Of a stretch of DNA of 64,000 nucleotides, positions 56,628 to 64,000 are shown piece after piece. The stretch is from contig CAJFCJ010000008.1 in assembly GCA_904063045.1 (NCBI GenBank), forward strand, positions 806,001-870,000, read 5' to 3'. Position 1 is the first letter of the stretch, and each line of letters opens with the position of its first letter. The translations under genes were made by a program, and so were the position numbers. Origin of the DNA: Dimorphilus gyrociliatus. Taxonomy: Eukaryota; Animalia; Annelida. The notes under the pieces were generated by a model, which saw nothing but the letters and a program-made list of their open reading frames with translations, did not search any database and was not told the origin of the DNA.

Positions 56628-59092
56628 CTATGGTTCAATTTTATCTAAACCGAATCTTTTAAAGTGTATTAAAATTTTAGGGGCCATATTTTTATCAACT
56701 TCAACTTCTTTTGAATTGCTTATAGCTGTAGATATATGTACCATTTGTTTTTGCCTAAAGTTAAAGAAGAATTAATGAGAAATGTACAAAAAAAACAGCA
56801 ATAAAATGGTATTTACCAAGTATCACTCGTAATTTGTCCGTCACATATCAATTCTTCTATTCTAAATATTATTGACCATAAAATGTCAGCTAAGCGCTTA
56901 GTTTTGACCACAAGTTGAAAAGATGCTACTTCCAAAGTCTTTACAAACATTTCCAAGGCAGCTGCGGAGCTTTCCTTTAGAATGGCTTTTTTTAGATCGT
57001 CTAACAGAAATTTGTCATCGGGAATGGTACTTAAACAGGTTAAAGTTGTGTTTATAAGCAAAATTCTGTCTTCTTTACTTATAAGCGGTATCAAACGTCG
57101 TATTAAAGATCGACCTTTTCGAACACCCAACACCAATTTCAAGACATCACAGCTATTATTGAAAACCCCAAGTTTATTAACGATAGCTTTTAGCGTCTTC
57201 TCTCTGGCCTCATTTAATTTTTCTCTAGCGTTTGGCGGAACACAAAGAGCCTGCATCTCTAATTCCATAACGTCTAGCATAGCAGTATAAGAATTTTCAA
57301 CAATAAGCAACAACTGCTTAAATCGTCGAACGCTCGAACTACTATTTTGTTTGTTAGATGCATCACCAACATCAAGAACTTGTCGAGGATTATGAACAGA
57401 TGAAGAAGTTAATCTACCCAGAGCATTATCGAATTGCTTTGGTTCGTACTTGTCTTCATCCGGTCTACTTAGATTAGGAACAACTAATTGAGGGGTATCT
57501 TGAGAGTTTTCTTGTTTCATTCTCCAGTGTGTATAATAGTAATCATCAGTGTAAGGATTATCCGTGTGCAATTGCATAAGCTGTACTTTAACAATCCAAT
57601 CTTTTTCCCTTTGAGTCATTAAGCTAACTGGCTCATCTTCGAAATTCGTATCATCATGATGCATGCGATGATTATAGAGTTGCGGAGGGGCCATTGGTCT
57701 TATATGTCGATTCATAGTCCTGATGATAAATAGTCTTAGAGTAAACAACTAAGGTTTTTCTGAATAACTTACATGTCATGATGACCTGGTGGAGGAAGTG
57801 GGCGCACCATTCTATTGAAAATTAAGCGATTATGCATAGGCATGGGTGGTCTAAAACCTTGTAGTGGAGATCCCGACACTCTGGAACCGCCAAATGGGAT
57901 ACCAGGTGGAACAGGTGGTAAAATAGGTTGTCCAGTAGGCTTCTAGAAAGTATGTAAAAACTCATGAACAAAGATAATTGTCGATAAATATGTGTACAGT
58001 ACTCTTGTTGGAGGACGAACATTCAGACGAACTGGAGGCATTCTCAGATTCGGAGGCGGAGGAACATTAATATTTGGCCTAGGTGAATCATTAAACATAG
58101 GAATATTTGTTGGAACTGCAGCATGGATATTCTTAGATGGGAGGCTAGATTTTCCATTTTCTATTTCGTCAAGGGTTAGTGCGTTTGGGAGGTCTCTTGA
58201 CAGAGCTGGTCGACTGGTCTAACAAAAGAATTAACATTGAGTATTGCTGACATTTACTCATTATTAAGATATATAATAAATTTAATAATTATAGATAAAA
58301 TTGATGAAACTATCTAGTTTAAAATTTTTAGGATTTTAGTACCTGAGCAATTTGGGATAAAATATTATGATTTAAACTTTGTCTATTTCTATCTCCATCA
58401 GACATAATATCAGGTCTATTCCAAATTTTTTGTAATTCAACAGAGTTTAATATGCTGGGATCAGGAGGTGTACTAGAAGTAATCTCAGCTATTCTATTTC
58501 TCTGCAAAAAAATTGATCTATAAATTACATTTATCATCGAAATTTCTGAAATATTTACTTTGTAAATTGGAGTAGATTTTGACATATTCATAATTGCTGG
58601 ATCGTCTATGTCATCATCTACTAGAATATCCGACATCGTCCTCTCAATTTCAGAACGCATATCCTAATGTTTTCAAATTTTCATCAACTCATTATTAGAT
58701 AGAAAATTAATTGTTACTTTACCGGTGGAGATGGTTCTCTTGTTTGTCCAGCAAATTTCATCCTATCAAAAACTTGCGTCTGTCCTTCAAAATCGAACTC
58801 CGTGTCTGTTTAATTACATGCTTTATTAGTAAAAAAAATCGGGACAAAATTAAAAAAATTACTGTCGATCTGTGTTCCAAAAGTTTCATCATTAAATTCA
58901 TCAATATCCGAAAAATTATCAAATGACTGTGTATCGTTAATAGGTTCTATTAATTGATCTCTGTCGCGCTGATTCTGGATAAGATATAATATGTTTAAAA
59001 AAAGGAAACTAATTTTCAATAAACAGTTTAATTATTTGGTCTATATCTCTTACATTTAATACTGTTTCGTGATTTAGAAAGAAGTGATCCAT
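56628..59092 (-). CDS. PATL1: PAT1 homolog (decapping activator / P-body protein)
   Basis: N-terminal DEFNDETFG, Pro-rich region, LMTQREKDWIVKVQLMQL..DDYYY and C-terminal helical domain RKGRSLIRRLIP. Confidence 0.9.
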
Positions 59093-59543
59093 CTTGAATA
59101 TAATAGCAATAAATGAAATAAACCGAAATGCTCCTTTACAAAAACCAATCAGCCATTTTGTTCTTACTAAATCTGGCTTGGCGTTGGAGTCGGTTAGGAT
59201 TATTTCGTAAAATATTCATATTTAAATGTTAAAAGAATTAAAAGGCTTCTATAGATAATATTCAAATTAAATGATTATTATAGTTATGTATTTATTAATC
59301 AATGTAAATTTTAAAGAGACAATTGAAAAAAGTTACGATTTATTCGTTTTTGGTTTTGAAAAATGAAAATTTAGAAAAGATTTCTGTGCTCTAAAGTCTA
59401 AGAAAATTCTAAGTACAAAACAAAATTTGAAATAACTTAGAGGGAATATTTAACAAATATTTTATTGAATGTTCTAGGATGTGAATGAATATCACTTTAT
59501 AGATGGGACAGATTTGGTTTAAGTTCCTTTTGAGAGAGTCGTA

Positions 59544-60128
59544 TTAGAATACTGTATCCATATTTTTCGTCCGATAATGCTCGAAACTTAGCATTATTGA
59601 TAAATGAGCAACTAGAACAGCGTAGTGGAAAATATTAACTCGAAGAACGCGAACAAATGTTCCTTCATCTCCAGCCAACGCCGCCATCCCAAACATAAAA
59701 CAACCGAAAAGTGCATAAGTATTCCAACTAAAAAATGACAAACAGGCAATAACAACAACCGATGAAATACTCATTGCTTCTAATGCTGCATGGCCAATAG
59801 ACCTGCTTAGCACTCGGATAATTATGCATATTAGCATCAACATTAAATACAAGGTTGAAAGCAAATAATAATAATGAAGCCTCAAAAATCCAATACCTAT
59901 CAGCATCATTCCATAAACTCTTGCTCCATAGGACATGTATTGATGAAGTTTTATCAAAGAAGGATTCGGGGAGTAGGCTGAAAACTTTAATGTACCTAAG
60001 CTAGCAGCAATTGCTGCAATCATTATGCCGCAACTAGCAAATATACTCTGATTATAAACTCTCATTGAGCTGTGAAATAAAACAGATGCTAAAGCTGCAT
60101 CTGACACTGCCACTGATGACTGCCTCAT
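59544..60128 (-). CDS. 194-aa multi-pass membrane protein, TMEM276-like
   Basis: Intronless ORF with about 6 TM segments. SSVAVSDAALA, AAIAASLGTLKF and SWNTYALFG resemble my recollection of TMEM276-family proteins. Confidence 0.55.
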   Translation of the reverse strand: MRQSSVAVSDAALASVLFHSSMRVYNQSIFASCGIMIAAIAASLGTLKFSAYSPNPSLIKLHQYMSYGARVYGMMLIGIGFLRLHYYYLLSTLYLMLMLICIIIRVLSRSIGHAALEAMSISSVVVIACLSFFSWNTYALFGCFMFGMAALAGDEGTFVRVLRVNIFHYAVLVAHLSIMLSFEHYRTKNMDTVF

Positions 60129-60479
60129 AATTTTTCGTTTCTGCGAAGAGTTGCTTTTTGAACTTTGTCGTCTGCAAACAAGAGAGAAAAGTATGTTTTA
60201 CAATATCGTCTGCAAAAGGTATATTTTTCCTTCGAACTAAAACGTGATAAGAGGCACCAAGAGTTTACATTTGACATCTTTTCTAAACGTTATAAGTGAA
60301 GATAAGTTAGACAAATTTTTTAAACATGCGATGCGATCATAGCATTTTTTTCATAATTGGCTCAAGACCATATTCAATGATTTTGCATCGATCTGAAAAT
60401 CACTCTCCTACGTTAAATCTGACGGAAACGGAAATTAATATTGTAAAAACCAGTTTTCTTAATAAATTGCATCTGCTGC

Positions 60480-61469
60480 ATGACTGAGAAAATAGATTTC
60501 TCATCCAAAGAGTTTATAGCTGGAATGATAGCATTCTCGATAGCCTTTGTTTATGTTTCATCATCTTTATTGTTACTTCGATTTCCATGGATTTTACATA
60601 AGCGGAAGAAACACTACTTTAAGGCCAGACATATAAGTCATAGAGGAGGAGCTGGAGAGCGATTAGAAAATACTATGCCAGCTTTTGAAAATGCAATTAA
60701 TAACAAAACAGATATGATTGAGTTAGATGTTCAGCTCACTAGCGATGGGGTAGTTGTAGTCAGCCATGATTCTAATTTGGAGAGAAAAACTGGTGTAAAT
60801 GCTTATGTCTCAGATTTTAAATTTGAAGAGCTTCCTCTCATCAAAACAAGATTGCCTCTAGATTTCGATAGATCTCATATTACAACCTGTTCTGAGGATG
60901 CTACACAGGAGAGGACAATCATTACTTTGGAGGAGGTTTTTGAAAAGTATCCAAATATTCCAATTAACATTGATATTAAGACAGATAATGACCTTTTAAT
61001 TGAAAAAGTTAACAGTTTGATAGTGTCATACAAAAGGGAAAACCTTACAGTATGGGGAAATTTTGGAAGAAATGTTACAAATAAATGCTACAAAGCCAAT
61101 CCTAACATCGGCTTGTTATTCTCAGCTCCAAAGGTAGCCCTTCTGACTCTAAGTTTTTATATAGGTTTGCTACCGTTTCTACCAATTAAAGAATCTTTCT
61201 TTGAAGTTATTATGCCATCAATACTTCAAGATAGATTTGTTGGATATCAAAGAGTAATGATTAAGATTCTTGATTGTCTCCTCTTAAATCGCTATTTTCT
61301 ACGACATTTACAAAGAAGAGGCATACAAATTTATCTATGGGTTTTAAATGAAGAGGAACAATTTGAAAAGGCATTTCGATTACCTATAGACGGTGTTATG
61401 ACTGATTTTCCATCAAAATTAACAAGTTACCTTGTGGAAAGAAAACATTTATTACAAAATCAAAATTGA
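60480..61469 (+). CDS. GDPD1: Glycerophosphodiester phosphodiesterase / lysophospholipase D (GDPD1/GDPD3 type), intronless
   Basis: N-terminal TM, ISHRGGAGERLENT, IELDVQLTSDGVVVVSHD, INIDIK and DGVMTDFP. Confidence 0.9.
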   Translation: MTEKIDFSSKEFIAGMIAFSIAFVYVSSSLLLLRFPWILHKRKKHYFKARHISHRGGAGERLENTMPAFENAINNKTDMIELDVQLTSDGVVVVSHDSNLERKTGVNAYVSDFKFEELPLIKTRLPLDFDRSHITTCSEDATQERTIITLEEVFEKYPNIPINIDIKTDNDLLIEKVNSLIVSYKRENLTVWGNFGRNVTNKCYKANPNIGLLFSAPKVALLTLSFYIGLLPFLPIKESFFEVIMPSILQDRFVGYQRVMIKILDCLLLNRYFLRHLQRRGIQIYLWVLNEEEQFEKAFRLPIDGVMTDFPSKLTSYLVERKHLLQNQN

Positions 61470-62119
61470 CAAGAACTGTCTTAATCTATCATCAAAAGAG
61501 ATATCCCAAAATGGTAATCCTAGGCAAAGAAAATGAAAATGAGTTATTATTTATTTTTAACAAATCATATATCTTTTCTTCATTAATGGATTGTTAATTT
61601 AATTGTTGTGAAAGTAAAACACCGTCTGTCTATTCTTAACCGTCCATCATTTCCCTGAAAACAGGGTCTAAAGCTTTTTATGTCCATTTTTGCAAAGTTT
61701 GTTTAATTCTCCAAAGTGAGTGTTACAGAAATTCTGATTTTGTCGTTTCAAAAGAGATAATACTTTTACTTTTTCTTAAGGAAAAAGTACATTTTTGTGT
61801 TGAAAGAATTTATGAACCATTTGTTTTGAATGATTTTATTCAATCAGTGAAAATGATTCATAACCTTGTCCCACTTTTTGGTGTTAACATTTCAAATGTT
61901 TCTCGAAAAAATTAACAATAAAATAATTAATAAATATCTTTAATATTATAATGTAATAGTTAATATTATGTTAGTTGAATAACTAATAAATAAATTAATA
62001 TCTTTAAATATTTTAAATAATGTTCTTATTTATTAAAGAAAACTGCGTCAAAAGTCCGTTGTTGTGTTCACCAGTTGCTATTTAGCAATACTCTTAGTCT
62101 TCTCACTTATTTTTAAATC

Positions 62120-63075
62120 ATGGATTCGCGCAAGAAACACACAATTTCAAAGTATGATCAAACTCAAATGAATTTAATAAGTCAAGATTCGTCAAATAAA
62201 GAAGAGTATAAAGGCGAAGAGCCCTTAAATGTATATTATTGTTTGTGCGGGAAAATGTCTCTAATTTTAGGTGAGTCTTTAATTTCGAGCAACGTTCAAA
62301 AGACGTTTGATTATTTAATAGTCTATTCTATGTCCCATTTATCCATTTAATTATTTGAATCTATTTATTTTATTAGATTGTATAATAGAAAAATTGCCGA
62401 TGAGGAAGAGAGATAACGCCAGAGTGATTTCTTCAAATAAACATGCTCATAAGATATTTAGTGATGCAGATGAAACGGCTTACATCAGGAGAGGAGAAGA
62501 AGGTTTTACTTTTTATCAGAAAGCTTTCAAAGATAGCAAATATCTCTTTTCCAGGTGTTGAAAGGCAATATAGAAGAAAATGTACTTCCTGTGGTTTGCT
62601 CTTATATTATAGACATCAAGATAATGATCAAGTGACATTTATCGTTGATGGTGCATTGAAAAGTGAAGGCCCTGGAAATTTTAAAAGTGCTAAATTTGCT
62701 GAACCTAAAAAAGTCATGGTTACGAGGCATACTAAAAATATGGGAAAATTCAGCTCTGTTACAGTATCTACTATTGATGAAGAAGAGGAAGAATTGGAGG
62801 CTGTGAGTGAAGAGTTTTCATCGAAGCATTTTAAATGATATATTAATATTTCCATTATCCACTTGCAGAAAGAAGTTGCTGATTCCTATATGATGAATGC
62901 AAAGGTTATTGAAAAACAGCTAAAGAGGAAAGGCTTATCAAAAATGATGCAGCAAGAGGTATTAATATCTATCTATAATAAGACAATATCACATTATATT
63001 TAAACTATAAATTATCTACAGGGCGAAAGTGATTCTAAAAAATTGAAACCTAGAGGAACATTGATTGATAAATGA
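62120..63075 (+). CDS. STEEP1: STING ER exit protein (CXorf56 / UPF0428)
   Basis: [63 protein letters not shown] and GTLIDK. Confidence 0.93.
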
Positions 63076-63791
63076 AACTATAAAATCCAAAAAGTTTTGT
63101 AAATATACCTCAAACATCCTTTTTTCCTTTTATCTCAAAATACGTTTTTGTTGAACTAATGAGACATTTAGAAATCAGGTTACCAAACTTGTTTTTACTT
63201 AAAAAGGACTGGCCGTTGTCATCAGTAGGCCGTTATTCTCTGACAATCTACAGACACTTGTACAGTATATATAGTTTATAGATATATATATGTTCTGTTC
63301 ATATTAGAATTAATAAAAATGAAACAAACTTCTAAAAGTCATATGAAATGAGTTAAATTTTTCATATCAAAATTGAGCGTGATTGATTCTATGAATTTTA
63401 ATTAGACTATTGACATTAAATTGCATATTTGACAATTTTAGCTTTCGTCGGCCTAACTTTCTTCTTTCTGAACAAGTTTATTCTCAAATAGTTGTTACAT
63501 TTACGTAGTATAGTATTTCGGTGTTTATTTTGTTTTATATCATTCTAAAATTGTCATTTGGTTATATAGCCAAACGATGAGTGCAATTCTGTTCAGAACT
63601 TATATCACTGTATTTAGTCCAATGTATTGCACGAACATAATTGGACTTAGAATAAAGAATGGCAACATAAAATATTGAAACAGCGGAATGTGATTTAATT
63701 TATGCAGTTATCACATAATAGAAACGGCGCCGACTAGATACTTATGAAAATAACAGGATTTTTCGAAAAGAAATTATAATCAGCAAAAATT

Positions 63792-63953
63792 TTAAGCACC
63801 GACTTGCCAATCTTCACTGGCTAGATCCTGCAATTTTTCAGCTTTCCTATAAAACAGTTTTAGCCATACGCAACCCAAAAGTATTCCCATAATAACCTCA
63901 ATATAAAATCCATCAATTAGAGTTCGACATTCGCCTCCTCTTTCAACACATTT
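63792..63953 (-). CDS. SLC33A1: Last exon of acetyl-CoA transporter 1 (rest of gene beyond window)
   Basis: After a TAG acceptor: KCVERGGECRTLIDGFYIEVIMGILLGCVWLKLFYRKAEKLQDLASEDWQVGA*, matching the recalled SLC33A1 C-terminus. Confidence 0.8.
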   Translation of the reverse strand, partial: KCVERGGECRTLIDGFYIEVIMGILLGCVWLKLFYRKAEKLQDLASEDWQVGA

Positions 63954-64000
63954 CTATATGAAAACAAAAAAAAATAAGCGAAAGTTGATTACTTTGCCCA

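Noticed and set aside
1-64000. tRNA, rRNA, spliceosomal snRNA, U12-type introns, selenocysteine or readthrough signals, transposase or RT remnants
   Set aside because: None recognised by eye on either strand. tRNAscan-SE, Infernal and RepeatMasker runs would be needed to exclude them formally.

Overview
Eukaryotic (animal) genomic DNA, very AT-rich and extremely gene-dense: about 28 protein-coding genes in 64 kb, GT-AG introns mostly ~50-140 nt, and intergenic gaps of tens to hundreds of bp. This fits a miniaturised invertebrate genome, probably spiralian (e.g. a Dimorphilus-like annelid); the taxon is inference only. Gene order: alpha-arrestin, M14A carboxypeptidase, SEA-mucin 1, ADAT1, NIP7, GPCR, CD225 protein, two paralogous GPCRs, SEA-mucin 2, an unannotated 114-aa protein, PSMD1, MRTF, ATF4, DZIP1, GLUT-type transporter, DUSP11, PCM1, COMMD5, UBXN6, amino-acid permease, syntaxin-like, FBXO16, PATL1, TMEM276-like, GDPD1, STEEP1 and the 3' end of SLC33A1. 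I found no CRISPR array, rRNA, tRNA or transposase. The strongest leads are: (1) NIP7 and ADAT1 appear to share one upstream non-coding exon through competing splice acceptors; (2) a full ATF4 uORF switch with a spliced uORF2 plus upstream CARE/CRE elements; (3) a prodomain-less carboxypeptidase with Arg255, resembling carboxypeptidase O; (4) a syntaxin whose SNARE motif is half replaced; (5) type II SEA-mucins; (6) small spliced genes invisible to the ORF track. Exon structures were assembled by hand from splice signals and reading frames. No database search was run, so family calls rest on recalled motifs.
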